DNA of 64,000 nt from Macrostomum hystrix (Eukaryota > Animalia > Platyhelminthes): the NCBI GenBank assembly GCA_950097015.1, contig CATNEN010000003.1, positions 1,612,001 through 1,676,000 of the forward strand, given 5' to 3'. Below the pieces are notes generated by a model that worked only from the letters and a program-made list of their open reading frames with translations, searched no databases and had not been told where the DNA came from. The position numbers and the translations under genes are program-made. This document shows, one piece after another, positions 38,213 through 51,900 of the stretch (position 1 is its first letter; each line of letters starts with the position of its first letter).

Positions 38213-41200
38213 ATGATGCTGCTAAGGCAATGCTTTCACACCAGCCTAAACGTGCTCCTGTGCTTTCTACTTCCATTATCCTCGCTGAAGAAATTGGATT
38301 CCGCTACTGACTGCTCGAGTGTAACTCGCACAGGTGAGCCAGAGACAGGTTAAAAGTAACAATTCATTATAAAAATGCACATTTAATAACAGATAAAATG
38401 TAAATGCAAAAAAAATTTAATACCTATTGCTCACAAAAAGTCACAGTCGGACTCACCGACATTGTGCGCACCTGGCAGCCGGACGGTGACTGCCAGCGGT
38501 GGCAGAATGGCCGGTCGGAGACAAACCGATTCCCAGCTGCTGTGCGGTCCGGGCCTCGGTGGCTTGTGATGCAGCTGAGGCAGCCGATGGTGCTGGATCG
38601 GGTGAGCGTGCGAGGCTGGGGTGAGTGACACTGACCTTCATTTGTTCTCATGACCGATGCTGAGACAGTGTGAGTCTGAGACAGTCAGTCTGAGACAGTC
38701 AGTCTGAGACAGTCAGTCTGAGACAGTCAGTCTGAGACAGTCAGTCTGAGACAGTCAGTCTGAGACAGTCAGTCTGAGACATTCAGTCTGAGACAGTCAG
38801 TATGTCAGCATGGCACTCGTGTTGCAGATGACCAGTGGCAGGCAGCAGGTGCGGTCGGCTCGCCCGTGTCGGCGGTCGGAGCCGCGAGCCTCCCGCTGGA
38901 GCTGCAGCTGGAGGATCCGTGCCGCGCCAGCTGGGAGGCCTTCGGCAGCAGCGACCGCTGGAGGCAGCTCGGAGGCAATGACGCTGAGGTGTGAGCTAAT
39001 TATTTATTCCTCCCAGTCACTCTGATTAGAAATTCGTGGCCTGTTATTTCAGACACCTGTCTCCTTCCTTCGCATGAGCAGTTGGAGGCCGCTGAGCTGG
39101 CAGGCAGTGTCTGTCTCAGGTCTCTGGTTTGATAATTGTTTCACTAAAGCATTATTCGATGAGCAGCACTATTGAAACAAATAAGTCTGTTCCATTGTCC
39201 CTTCAGGCCGTCACCCCCTGATGCAGTTGAATCTGTCGCTGTCAGGGAGGCACCTGTACAGCCGCTACGGCTTGACTTATCATGAAGACGCCATCGAACT
39301 CTACCTGAACAGCTGCGGCAACAGGCAGCCGGTGTGCTGGCTTCAGGACGCTGCTAGAACGAGCTCAGCAAACGTATTTGAACACGTGAGTTGCCTCTGT
39401 GAGGCCTGTGAATTCCGCATGAATAAAGAGGCCCATTGCTTGCCTGATCCGTCCTCTGCAGCTGGGCTCTGAGGAGATGGCAGTCGGGATGTGGACTCAC
39501 AAACTCAAGCTGGCTCTTCTTCTCCAAGACCACGGCATGCTGCTGCAGTGCGGCTGGGACAGAGAAGGACCAGTTCTGCTGGAGGAGCTGCTGCTGCGCA
39601 AAGGTACTGAAGCTCTGTGGCTTCGTTCTTGAGGAATCGATCAGTTTTATCACCCCTCAATATTTTATCCACTGCAGTCCTGCCTCATAAGCTGAGTCTA
39701 TCCGTCTCTCCAGTCCTGGTTGCGGGATTTCCTGCAGCGGTTCGCGTCTCCACAGACTCGCTTCCAGAGTTCCAGCATCGCTGCTTCATCAGGACGCTGG
39801 AATCTCCCAGAAGTCTGAGCATTGCTGGCTGGGTAAATTGCTCTGATATTGATGCAGTCACTCACAAAACTGCAGCCAATAAAGCAACAAACATTTCAGA
39901 ATCTGCTCAAGGTGCTCGATAGCAAAAACCGAACTCTCATCAGAGTTGAGTCAGAGTTCAAATTCAACGTGTCGGCCGCCGATGCGAATGCTGAGATCGT
40001 CTGCTTGAGTGGCTATATTGGCAGGCAGTACAATGTTCCACATGTCAGCGGTGAGTTCACCAACTCTGGTCTTATGAGCTTCGTGTTCGAAAATAAATGT
40101 AATTCAAACTCAAGTCTCACACACCAAGTTCTATTCCTAAAAGTAACAGTAGTGAGCACTTTCAAGTCCTTCAGCTTTGAACAAGCGAGATGTTAAACTG
40201 AAGAGCTCGAACATTCTTCACCCGCAGAGCCGTGCCTGACGGCCATCCACCTGGGCCCGAGTCGTCACTGGCAGGTGGGAGAGACCAGGAACATCTCCGT
40301 GACCTCCAGCCAGTGCAGCATCTGGAATGTGAGCCACACCTGCTGGCTGGAGCTGCTGACAGGTGCCCCACCTGTGCCGCTTCTGAACGTGAAAGTGAGT
40401 GCTGAGCACTGCAATGAGCAGCTTTGAGAAGCCCGACTCAAACTGTGTACAACGCACTCCCATTTCAGCAAGGCGAGTTCATCAGCACACACGAACTGCA
40501 GGTGATCGAAGCCATGGCTGCAGGTGGCTGGAAAGTTCGGTGCAGCGTCAACCAGTCCGGAGTCGCCTACCCGGACTCTGAGAGCGATTCCAGAGCGAGT
40601 CCAGCCGTGTTCGGTGAGCCGGCGAGCCTCTAGAATTTTGAAGCTTCTAGTTAAAAAGACAACATGATTTTTGTAGTTTTGTCTGATATGAAATTCCGAG
40701 AAAAACATTGAGCTCGTAGCATGCGCCTACCGATTGAGCATGAGTTGCATGTGACTGCAATTGAGCATGAGTTGCATGTGACTGCAATTGAGCATGAGTT
40801 GCATGTGACTGCAATTGAGCATGAGTTGCATGTGACTGCAATTGAGCATGAGTTGCATGTGACTGCAATTGAGCATGAGTTGCATGTGACTGCAATTGAG
40901 CATGAGTTGCATGTGACTGCAATTGAGCATGAGTTGCATGTGACTGCAATTGAGCATGAGTTGCATGTGACTGCAATTGAGCATGAGTTGCATGTGACTG
41001 CAATTGAGCATGAGTTGCATGTGACTACAATTGAGCATGAGTTGCATGTGACTGCAATTGAGCATGAGTTGCATGTGACTACAATTGAGCATGAGTTGCA
41101 TATGACTGCAATTGAGCATGAGTTGCATGTGACTGCAATTGAGCATGAGTTGCATGTGACTGCAATTGAGCATGAGTTGCATGTGACTGCAATTGAGCAT

Positions 41201-44200
41201 GAGTTGCATGTGACTGCAATTGAGCATGAGTTGCATGTGACTGCAATTGAGCATGAGTTGCATGTGACTGCAATTGAGCATGAGTTGCATGTGACTGCAA
41301 TTGAGCATGAGTTGCATGTGACTGCAATTGAGCATGAGTTGAATGTGACTGCAATTGAGCATGAGCTGCATGTGACTACAATTGAGCATGAGTTGCATGT
41401 GACTACAATTGAGCATGAGTTGCATGTGACTGCAATTGAGCATGAGTTGCATATGACTGCAATTGAGCATGAGTTGCATGTGACTGCAATTGAGCATGAG
41501 TTGCATGTGACTGCAATTGAGCATGAGTTGCATGTGACTACAATTGAGCATGAGTTGCATGTGACTGCAATTGAGCATGAGTTGCATGTGACTACAATTG
41601 AGCATGAGTTGCATATGACTGCAATTGAGCATGAGTTGCATGTGACTGCAATTGAGCATGAGTTGCATATGACTGCAATTGAGCATGAGTTGCATGTGAC
41701 TGCAATTGAGCATGAGTTGCATGTGACTGCAATTGAGCATGAGTTGCATGTGACTGCAATTGAGCATGAGTTGCATGTGACTGCAATTGAGCATGAGTTG
41801 CATGTGACTGCAATTGAGCATGAGTTGCATGTGACTGCAATTGAGCATGAGTTGCATGTGACTGCAATTGAGCATGAGTTGCATGTGACTGCAATTGAGC
41901 ATGAGTTGCATGTGACTGCAATTGAGCATGAGTTGCATGTGACTGCAATTGAGCATGAGTTGCATGTGACTGCAATTGAGCATGAGTTGCATGTGACTGC
42001 AATTGAGCATGAGTTGCATGTGACTGCAATTGAGCATGAGTTGCATGTGACTACAATTGAGCATGAGTTGCATATGACTGCAATTGAGCATGAGTTGAAT
42101 GTGACTGCAATTGAGCATGAGCTGCATGTGACTACAATTGAGCATGAGTTGCATGTGACTACAATTGAGCATGAGTTGCATGTGACTGCAATTGAGCATG
42201 AGTTGCATGTGACTACAATTGAGCATGAGTTGCATATGACTGCAATTGAGCATGAGTTGCATGTGACTGCAATTGAGCATGAGTTGCATGTGACTGCAAT
42301 TGAGCATGAGTTGAATGTGACTGCAATTGAGCATGAGCTGCATGTGACTACAATTGAGCATGAGTTGCATATGACTGCAATTGAGCATGAGTTGCATGTG
42401 ACTGCAATTGAGCATGAGTTGCATGTGACTGCAATTGAGCATGAGTTGAATGTGACTGCAATTGAGCATGAGTTGCATATGACTGCAATTGAGCATGAGT
42501 TGCATATGACTGCAATTGAACATGAGTTGCATATGACTGCAATTGAGCATGAGTTGCATGTGACTGCAATTGAGCATGAGTTGCATGTGACTGCAATTGA
42601 GCATGAGTTGCATGGGACTGCAATTGAACATGAGTTGCATGTGACTACAATTGAGCATGAGTTGCATATGACTGCAATTGAGCATGAGTTGCATATGACT
42701 GCAATTGAACATGAGTTGCATATGACTGCAATTGAGCATGAGTTGCATGTGACTGCAATTGAGCATGAGTTGCATGTGACTGCAATTGAGCATGAGTTGC
42801 ATATGACTGCAATTGAGCATGAGTTGCATGTGACTGCAATTGAGCATGAGTTGCATATGACTGCAATTGAGCATGAGTTGCATGTGACTGCAATTGAGCA
42901 TGAGTTGCATGTGACTGCAATTGAGCATGAGTTGCATGTGACTGCAATTGAGCATGAGTTGCATGTGACTGCAATTGAGCATGAGTTGCATGTGACTGCA
43001 ATTGAGCATGAGTTGCATGTGACTGCAATTGAGCATGAGTTGCATGTGACTGCAATTGAGCATGAGTTGCATGTGACTGCAATTGAGCATGAGTTGCATG
43101 TGACTGCAATTGAGCATGAGTTGAATGTGACTGCAATTGAGCATGAGTTGCATGTGACTGCAATTGAGCATGAGTTGCATGTGACTGCAATTGAGCATGA
43201 GTTGCATGTGACTGCAATTGAGCATGAGTTGCATGTGACTGCAATTGAGCATGAGTTGCATGTGACTGCAATTGAGCATGAGTTGCATGTGACTGCAATT
43301 GAGCATGAGTTGCATGTGACTGCAATTGAGCATGAGTTGCATGTGACTGCAATTGAGCATGAGTTGCATGTGACTGCAATTGAGCATGAGTTGCATGTGA
43401 CTGCAATTGAGCATGAGTTGCATGTGACTGCAATTGAGCATGAGTTGCATGTGACTGCAATTGAGCATGAGTTGCATGTGACTGCAATTGAGCATGAGTT
43501 GAATGTGACTGCAATTGAGCATGAGTTGCATGTGACTGCAATTGAGCATGAGTTGCATGTGACTGCAATTGAGCATGAGTTGCATGTGACTGCAATTGAG
43601 CATGAGTTGCATGTGACTGCAATTGAGCATGAGTTGCATGTGACTGCAATTGAGCATGAGTTGCATGTGACTGCAATTGAGCATGAGTTGCATGTGACTG
43701 CAATTGAGCATGAGTTGCATGTAACTGAAATTAGTGTACTGCCTGTTTAACGTTTAACTGTCACTTCCTGTTTTCGTCAAGGTAACGGGGACAAGGCCAG
43801 CATAGCCAGCTTGTCAGGGGAATTCAGCGATCGCCAGCTCATCATCAGAGCATTGGTGCGAGGTCCCTCGCGCTTGCCAGTGTCTGTTGTGAACTGCTCC
43901 GCGGCAGGACGCATCGCAGACATGGAAGACAAAGGAAGCGGCATCTGGCATGGAATGCTGCAACTGGATTCCAGCAACTGCTCAATCTGCCCCGTCTGCT
44001 GCTCTGTGCGCCAGACATTCTCTGAAGAGCAGGTGTTTTACCAAACTGAGTGCAGCCCACGGCCCCGGGTGAAGGCGGTTGGCGAGCGGGGTAAGTTTCC
44101 CACGGTACAGTGATCCAATAACAAGAAGCCGCTGATTTTCCTAATCAGATATTGATTGGATTTCCGGAATTCTGTTCTCTCTCGTCTGGTTTTTGGCCAG

Positions 44201-45495
44201 AAAAACAAAATGCGCATCAGCCCTCACGGTGCGGAAGGCTGACCGGGCAAGCTGGCGGCGACACTGAATATCTTAGCGTTCGTTAACACAACAACACGAA
44301 CAAAACACGTCACGACAAAAAACAGAAAGAGAAAAAGTGTCTAAATCACGCATCGAGTTTTTCCATAGACCATAGCTGTGGCGAAGCCAGGATTTTCTCT
44401 CGGTAGCGCCACTACTTGGGGGGCACAACTTCCACATGGGGGCGCCACCACCACATGAGGGCGCCACTGTCACATGGGACACCACTGTCACATGGGACAC
44501 CACTGCCACATGGACACCACTGCCACACGGGGCGCCACTGCCACATGGGTGCGCCACTGCCACATGGGACACCACTGCCACATGAGACACCACTGCCACA
44601 TGGGTGCGCCACTGCCACATGGGTGCGCCACTGCCACATGGGTGCGCCACTGCCACATGGGACACCACTGCCACATGAGACACCACTGCCACATGGGTGC
44701 GCCACTGCCACATGGGGGCGCCACTGCCACATGGGACACCATTGCCACACGGGGCGCCACTGCCACATGGGGCGCCACTAGTCGTACTAAGGGCGCCACA
44801 TTATGGTTTTTTTCAGCTGATTTCGGAGGCCGTGGCCTTCCTTGCCCTCCCCCGACTAAGCCGCTGGGCATTGATGCCATATTTCGAAGGGTGTCCTAAA
44901 GTCCATGCACCGTCTTCATCATCCAGATCAGTCTAAAATGGATTATCAAGAATCCAGCCCGCAAAACAATCTGTCAATTCCCACAACAAACAAAAATCAA
45001 ACGCCAAATCGTCTCAAATGGACTTCCTAGCATTGTGGGGTCGGGTATTGTCAAGGTGGTCGGAGCAGGAGTCCTTATGTGGGAGTTTACAAGTCGTTCA
45101 GGCAGGGTTACCTAAACAGAGTTTTCAATGATCCACCAACGAAATTTCTGCAACATTCATCAGGCACAGCCGGACTGTCGGCTACGTCGGTGCTGTTAAC
45201 AATTTTCATGGCACTAGCAGCTCTGACAGCTGTTTGCTGCAGCATCTGGGCCTTCTTACTTTCGTTGATAAAACGTAGAGGAGATGTCACTGGTGGCATG
45301 CAGCGTGTTCAGACAGATCGGCCTGTCGTGGACCCCGTCAACCAGCCGACCAGCGACCGCGGCACTATAGACGTGTACGCCTACGAACAGGTCGACGACA
45401 ACAGCGAACTACGCGAGCTGCAGCAGCTGCGATTACCACGAATATCTGCGACTCAGTCAGCTGAAGCTCCTTACATCAACTGGAGAAGGTGCTGA
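38213..45495 (+). CDS. Orphan type I membrane protein, about 702 aa: signal peptide, discoidin/F5-8C-like domain, several Ig-like domains, one TM, short Tyr-containing tail
   Basis: 12 exons with consistent phases: 38213-38333, 38441-38620, 38828-38988, 39053-39119, 39207-39385, 39462-39603, 39678-39832, 39900-40050, 40228-40394, 40469-40613, 43782-44090, 45164-45495 (2109 nt, open throughout). Hydrophobic leader LNVLLCFLLPLSS; RWLVMQLRQPMVLDRVSVRG is discoidin-like; LQDHGMLLQC and SEFKFNVSAADANAEIVC resemble Ig E/F strands; TM VLLTIFMALAALTAVCCSIWAFLL then KRR. The domain labels are less certain than the gene model. Confidence 0.8.
38674..38800. repeat. 14-bp repeat GTCTGAGACAGTCA
   Basis: About 9 units in intron 38621-38827. 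Confidence 0.95.
40732..43725. repeat. 27-bp minisatellite GAGCATGAGTTGCATGTGACTGCAATT
   Basis: About 110 units with no indels, filling intron 40614-43781. Confidence 0.99.
44376..44866. mobile_element. Degenerate MITE containing an 18-bp minisatellite
   Basis: Ends CTGTGGCGAAGCCAGG and CCCGACTAAGCCGCTG form imperfect TIRs of the CAGTGGCGTAGCC type; no clean TSD. Confidence 0.5.
44430..44780. repeat. 18-bp minisatellite CCACTGCCACATGGG(ACA/TGCG)
   Basis: Lies inside the MITE-like element. Confidence 0.93.
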
Positions 45496-45625
45496 GGAAG
45501 CGAAGGACGATTGATGAATTAGGCTGCCTAAATTTACTTTGGAAAATTGAGACGTTTCAAAAATGTCTTATCTGTAGCTTGCATGTGTACACACAGGTAT
45601 TCATGCAGGCATAATAAGCTCTCCC

Positions 45626-45850
45626 TTGTCCCACATCTCCCGTGTCTCATCTCTCCCGTGTCTCATCTCTCCCGTGTCTCATCTCTCCCGTGTCTCATCT
45701 CTCCCGTGTCTCATCTCTCCCGTGTCTCATCTCTCCCGTGTCTCATCTCTCCCGTGTCTCATCTCTCCCGTGTCTCATCTCTCCCGTGTCTCATCTCTCC
45801 CGTGTCTCATTTCTCCCGTGTCTCATTTCTCCCGTGTCTCATCTCTCACG
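45626..45850. repeat. 16-bp minisatellite TCTCATCTCTCCCGTG (left part)
   Basis: About 14 units. Confidence 0.96.
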
Positions 45851-47358
45851 TGTGAATTGGGTGCTGTGAACAAGCGGTAGAGTCGGTTGTCTACCCGCTT
45901 AGCTACCCGCGGGACTACCACTGGAAGAGAAGGAGGAGAAGGGGGAGGAGATAGAGGGGTTCAGTGGCTGTCGGGAGTGGTCCTATTGGCCTCAGGCTAG
46001 CCAGTCCCCCTCGTCCCATAGGCCACAGACATAATTGTCGAGCGTACCCCAAGCTATGCTCGACACCGGCGAAAAGTCTAAGGGAGCGTTCGGATTACCC
46101 GGAATCGGGCAAGACAGGGCCTCAACAGCCTACTGTCGTCAGTAGTGCGGTGCGCAACTGACTCCTAGCTTTGGTAGCGGTGGTCGAATCGGTCTAGGCC
46201 CTTGTCACAGAACTGAGGAATGGCTATCGGCAAAGCGGAAAGATGTTCTAGGGTAGCGCCACCACCCAGTGCGTCTACGTGGCCACCGCAGACATTTGGG
46301 AACCTGGGTCCCCGGAGGACACAGCTCCAAGTTTATCACACAGATCTGGACAAGCCGAAAATCGGGCATTGCTGCAACTTCCGTTTTAGACGGGGCGGGG
46401 CCCCAGAATGGGTCGAGACACGCCTCACAAGGGGATTTCTGCATTTGCGCTACAGGGGTCTAGAAAGGTGGTACTAAGAACTCGAACGAGAATCTGTTGC
46501 CAGAATCCTACTCATTAACACATCAGGCACATTCAATACATTAGACTGCAGCCAACACATTAGGTAACTAACGAATCCGAATCTGAGTGAGCATGAGATC
46601 AGAGGTGGTGGATAACGTCTTGGGTCCAAGGGTCTCCAAGGGAGCACAAGGAGCCGCAAGGAAGCACAAAGGTTGGCACAAGCGTGCCCGAAGGGGTGCA
46701 AACGGTGGGTTGGGAGCAGCGCAGAGCGCTTGCTTAAATAGGCCTGCGACTCCGCCAACCTCGACATTCATCAAACTAACCCGGATTCTCGCCGGCCTGT
46801 CAGCGAGGAATCGGAGCGGCGTTGCGCCACCCCGAGTCTCAACTGAACCAGCGACAGGAGACGACAGACGCCCCTCTGTGAGCAGCCGCCGGCAGCCGGA
46901 CAGTAATTGCTATCCCGCCAGGACAATGGGAAGCGCAGGCGCCGACCTGCCTACAGTGACAATACATGTATCTAAAGGGGAACAGGTCATATAATCGAGC
47001 TGGGCTCGGATTATACAAGTACTGAAGAAGTGGGGACATGAAGAATTCTTGATCACTAATAACTCCCGAGTGATTCCAGATATCTGATCGCGGTTTGGAA
47101 GGGAATTATGACCTAAACTAGTTCATACAGTAAAGCTTCATACAATAAAGCGATCAGTCATTCCTAGAGGGGTTGAGACAGCTCCAGGGAGAGGGGATGG
47201 CTACTCAATTCACCGCCGCCCCAAGCCCGACCCTAAAATTAATGATCTTGTTTTGTGGCCAGCTGCTAGTTGGGTCGCGATTATTTATTACTTGAATTTT
47301 CGAAAGATTTTGCTGGCTCACACACTCATTCGATTCTCGCAGTACACTCCAAATCACA
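45851..47358 (+). mobile_element. Probable solo LTR or LTR-like insertion (about 1.5 kb) splitting a 16-bp minisatellite
   Basis: TG...CA ends with imperfect inverted termini TGTGAATTGG / CCAAATCACA; GC-richer interior; AATAAA about 210 bp before the 3' end. Removing it restores an intact TCTCATCTCTCACGTG unit. Confidence 0.55.
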
Positions 47359-47870
47359 TGTCTCATCTCTCCTGCGTCTCATCTCTCACGTGTCTTACTC
47401 TCTCGTGTCTCATCTCTCCCGTGTCTCATCTCTCCCATGTCTCATCGCTCCCGTGTCTCATCTCTCCCATGTCTCATCGCTCCCGTGTCTTACTCTCTCG
47501 TGTCTCATCTCTCCCGTGTCTCATCTCTCCCATGTCTCATCGCTCCCGTGTCTCATCTCTCCCATGTCTCATCGCTCCCGTGTCTTACTCTCTCGTGTCT
47601 TACTCTCTCGTGTCTCATCTCTCCCGTGTCTCATCTCTCCCATGTCTCATCTCTCCCGTGTCTCATCTCTCCCATGTCTCATCTCTCCCGTGTCTCATCT
47701 CTCCCATGTCTCATCGCTCCCGTGTCTCATCTCTCCCATGTCTCATCGCTCCCGTGTCTCATCGCTCCCGTGTCTCATCTCTCCCGTGTCTCATCTCTCC
47801 CATGTCTCATCTCTCCCGTGTCTCATCTCCCCCGTGTCTCATCTCCCCCGTGTCTCATCTCTCCCGTGTC
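47359..47870. repeat. 16-bp minisatellite TCTCATCTCTCCC(G/A)TG (right part)
   Basis: The same array resumes after the insertion. Confidence 0.96.
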
Positions 47871-47879
47871 TTGGATAAG

Positions 47880-48465
47880 AGAGTCTTTACCTGTATCGAC
47901 CTGTATTTAGTCTTCACCTATACCTACCCGTCTTTTGTCTTCACCTGTAGCTACCTGTCTTTAGTCTTGACCTGTCTCTACGCGTCTTTAGTCTTCACCT
48001 GTATCGACCTGTCTTTAGTCTTCACCTGTACCTATCCGTCTTTTGTATTCACCTTTACCTACCCGTCTTTTGTATTCACCTGTACCTACCCGTCTTTTGT
48101 ATTCACCTGTACCTACCCGTCTTTTGTATTCACCTGTACCTACCCGTCTTTTGTATTCACCTGTACCTACCCGTCTTTTGTATTCACCTGTACCTACCCG
48201 TCTTTTGTATTCACCTTTACCTACCCGTCTTTTGTATTCACCTGTACCTACCCGTCTTTTGTATTCACCTGTACCTACCCGTCTTTTGTATTCACCTGTA
48301 CCTACCCGTCTTTTGTATTCACCTGTACCTACCCGTCTTTTGTATTCACCTGTACCTACCCGTCTTTTGTATTCACCTGTACCTACCCGTCTTTTGTATT
48401 CACCTGTACCTACCCGTCTTTTGTATTCACCTGTACCTACCCGTCTTTTGTATTCACCTGTCTCT
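47880..48465. repeat. 27-bp minisatellite TGTATTCACCTGTACCTACCCGTCTTT
   Basis: About 21 units. Confidence 0.97.
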
Positions 48466-48973
48466 AACTTAAAAAGCGTCAAAAAAAGGTGAATCCATAT
48501 AAATTTGTGGGCAATATTGCGGAACAATACAAAAAATAATATTCCATTGTGCAACATCTTTTTTCACGAATTTCATAGTCCTTTAAGATTGACATGTGTA
48601 TATAGACTTTTTTCTTTTAAATAACGATGGTCGATCTTATGTTATTAAATCGATAGTACAGGTTTCTTTTAAACCTATTTTTATCTACTCGTCTGCTAAT
48701 TTTCAGTCCACATGCGCATTCATTCACTCATGTTCATTCAATAACTATGTAGATCGAATAATTTAATGCCAGTCTAATTATTAATATCAATAATAAACTA
48801 TAATAACAAATTTTTTTTGTATTTTTGTCAACATATTTTGTTGTCTAGAAACAGAATTATCAAGTAGATTGTGGCTGGGTTTGCAAATAGTTTAGATTCG
48901 AGCATTGTAACGCAAAATAACGATCAGTAAACTTTTTAAAGTCTTTTATCATTCAAGAAACAGCCGAAGGTTA

Positions 48974-51900
48974 TCAAAGATTCAACATTATTTTAGGATT
49001 CAACAACTTCGAATATTCGGCTTTGCTGATTTGAAAAATTTTTCTGAGAATCTCAGGTTCAATGACCAGGTGGATCAGATTCTGCATGGCTGCATAGACT
49101 AGTACAGCAGCAACGCAGCCCCGGATGATGAAGCCGACTTTAGTCCTGCGATCCTTGATCAGAAAGTCCGAGGTGAAGGCCAGAAACATGGCGATCGTGT
49201 CCCAGTTAAACGAGCCAGATGCTACTATCTGTTTGACAGGAAAGCTGACCTCATGATAGAAGTCCAAGATAGGGTCAGCTTCTCTAGCAATATTTAAATG
49301 TTCGTCTTTGTAGAACATGGTCTCAAATGTTGCTTTGGGAAAGAAGAAATATTCTGTTATGTACATGCTCAGCGGGTGACCCTTGGACGCATAGAGCTCC
49401 GTCTGATCTGTGAAGATGGAGATCACTGTTGCACTAATCGTGTAGATGTTCCAGTCGCTAGCAATATAGGAGCCTATTTTAAAGTTGAAGACAGTGCTAA
49501 AGAATTTTAGAAAATAGTCGAAACAGTAGAAGACGATTATCAGGACAAAGTAGCGACACAGAGAGCGCAAACAATAAACTACAAAGAATAGGAGGCACTC
49601 GCTTAACGATTTGAACGGCTTGCTGCTCTTGAGCGATACCAGGCGACGAAATTGAGCAGAACGATTAAACAGTTTGCCTCGAGCGGGATATAGTATGCGG
49701 CAGAATAGCATTGTTAGGGGCAACATCAACAGGCTGCGAACTGTAAATCGTTCTGGCATGTAGGTGCTGTTCTTTGGCGTCTGAAAAATTAGTTAGACAC
49801 GAGACGTAGTAAATAACCAGTTCATAATTTTAAATACTAATTCATAACAAAGACTACTGCTAGAAGGGCGTTGGACTCGCTATTTCTTGGAACATCTTTC
49901 AAGGCCAACCCTTCTTGAGACCGCGCACCTGTGTTAGAACTTGAGTCTATATGAAGACTTTGTTTCCATCGATTCAGAAATTAATTAAAAAATCACCGAC
50001 TGATATTTTCAATCCTGAAGAAGTATACTGGTTGCTTTTTGCATGTTTTCTTGCCTAAGTTTTACGAAGATATCAATTTGGGAGTAAATGTGATCAGAGA
50101 TAAGTCTTGTCTATGGTTATTTCAATTTTGCTTTAACGATGCGAATGGCTTCTTGGTCCAAGAACGGCAAAATTCTTGAGCACCAGTAGGTTTTGAGTAC
50201 TCACGTTTGGGTAAGTGCCGGAACAATCTGTGCTTCTCGCACAAAAGTTAATCATTGGGAGAGAAGGCTTGGGGGCTCGTCGTGCAATTTTCGAGTATGT
50301 TTTCAGGAGTCAGCAGAATGGGCAGAATTGCCTCTCTGGCCTACGGGTCAACTGTCACCATATGATGTCATGCAGTGTCGACAGCCCTCCTGCAAAAATA
50401 TTACTCACCGTTAGAGCCTCATCCGTCATGTCTAGCTGGGTGCTATTGTATTGTTTTTCGTCAACATGGCTCCAGAAAATGTTAGATTCGCTAGGCATCC
50501 TAACCAGCATCAGGACGAATGTGCAAAACAGTTCGGCTTCGCTCATCTTGGCCAAGAAGGGCATGATCAGGATTAGAACATTGCATTGCGTTGCACAGAT
50601 GGTAATTAGGATGACAATGCCTTCGATTGGGCTGACTTTAAGTAGAGATTCGAAGATGGAGCCCACACTAGCAATGCCTATCTGCATTATTCCAGTTTGG
50701 TAGAGAAAAGCCGCGATAATGGCTGTGATGAGGCTGTTGAGCAGAAATGACACCTTTTCTTTAGAGGCGCCAATTGAATTTACAAAAGGTATGTCCAGAA
50801 ATCTTTCAATGTCGGTGTAAACTGTAAAAAAGTCATTGTAAACAATCTTATTGACGACGTTCTCCTTTTCTAGAAACATGTGAGGCAGCACAGCGTTCTG
50901 CAGTATGAGGCAAAATATTAGCACCAGAAGCCATCTGCCGAATAAGCCAACAACGCTTATGTTTGCCGTTGAGCTAGAGAATAGAGCTGCGAATGACAGC
51001 AGAACAAAAAAGTGCAGACAAAGAAACCCGGTCACTGCTGAGGTCCAAAGGGTATGATTTATCAGGGTTTGATTTATCAGGATTTGATTTCCTGTATAGG
51101 GTCTATCTTGCTGATATCTTACTTTGAGGTTGCCCAGTGTAACTATGGCAACTATGATCAGCAGTATCGAGATAATAATTTTCACAAAGCTATCTCGCAG
51201 AGGTTGCAGCCCATCGCTGAAACGGTGGGCCCTCTTCAGTTTTTTTCCAGTTTGTAGCTTCAGGATTGGCCGTAGCAGTACTGCGTACATGCTCCTGATC
51301 TGGTACAGAAAGCAGTGCAAAATCAACCTTAAAATGGAGAAGGTGCTCCACCAGTTAGTTGTGTACCTCAGGTTCTCCGAAATCAGCGTAGACTGCAGGC
51401 TTGGAATAGCGGAGTTGCTGAACAATTCCTTCATATCTTCGCTGGCCGATGTTTTCTTTTCCGGCACATTCTCCACGAAGTCTCGCTGACGAGCAGGGAC
51501 AGGCATAGCAGACAGTCGTCCGAGACTTCTTTGCGCGCTGAATGTCTCGTTTGTCGTGCCACTCTGGGTCTTGGAACCCTCCTTGTGCTGGTTTGTGTGC
51601 TGTCTGCAACTTTCGATTGCAGCTCGAGAGATTCTCACAATCTTTGAGTAGTCGGCGGCAATGGCGTAGAAGATTAAAGAGTAGCAGATGCAGATAACAA
51701 CGAAATTGAACTGCAGCACTTTCTGGTCTGTTGGTCGATTGCCAGCCGTCAACAGTTCGTCAGCCATTCCGCTAGCAATTACGCCAATCAAGGCGACAGC
51801 TATTAAGAATAAAAAAAATAGAAGCAATCTTGGTCCAATCTTGAGCACGTGTCGAAACAGAAAGCAAATCAGTTCGTTGGCTCGATAGAGACAATTTGTT

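Noticed and set aside
40721-43750. 1009-aa and 997-aa ORFs on both strands (TAIEHELHV)n
   Set aside because: A stop-free 27-bp monomer (multiple of 3) inside a phase-consistent intron gives long ORFs automatically.
46205-46255. Second hammerhead-like CTGAGGA...GAAA
   Set aside because: Stems II and III and the NUH site cannot be formed.
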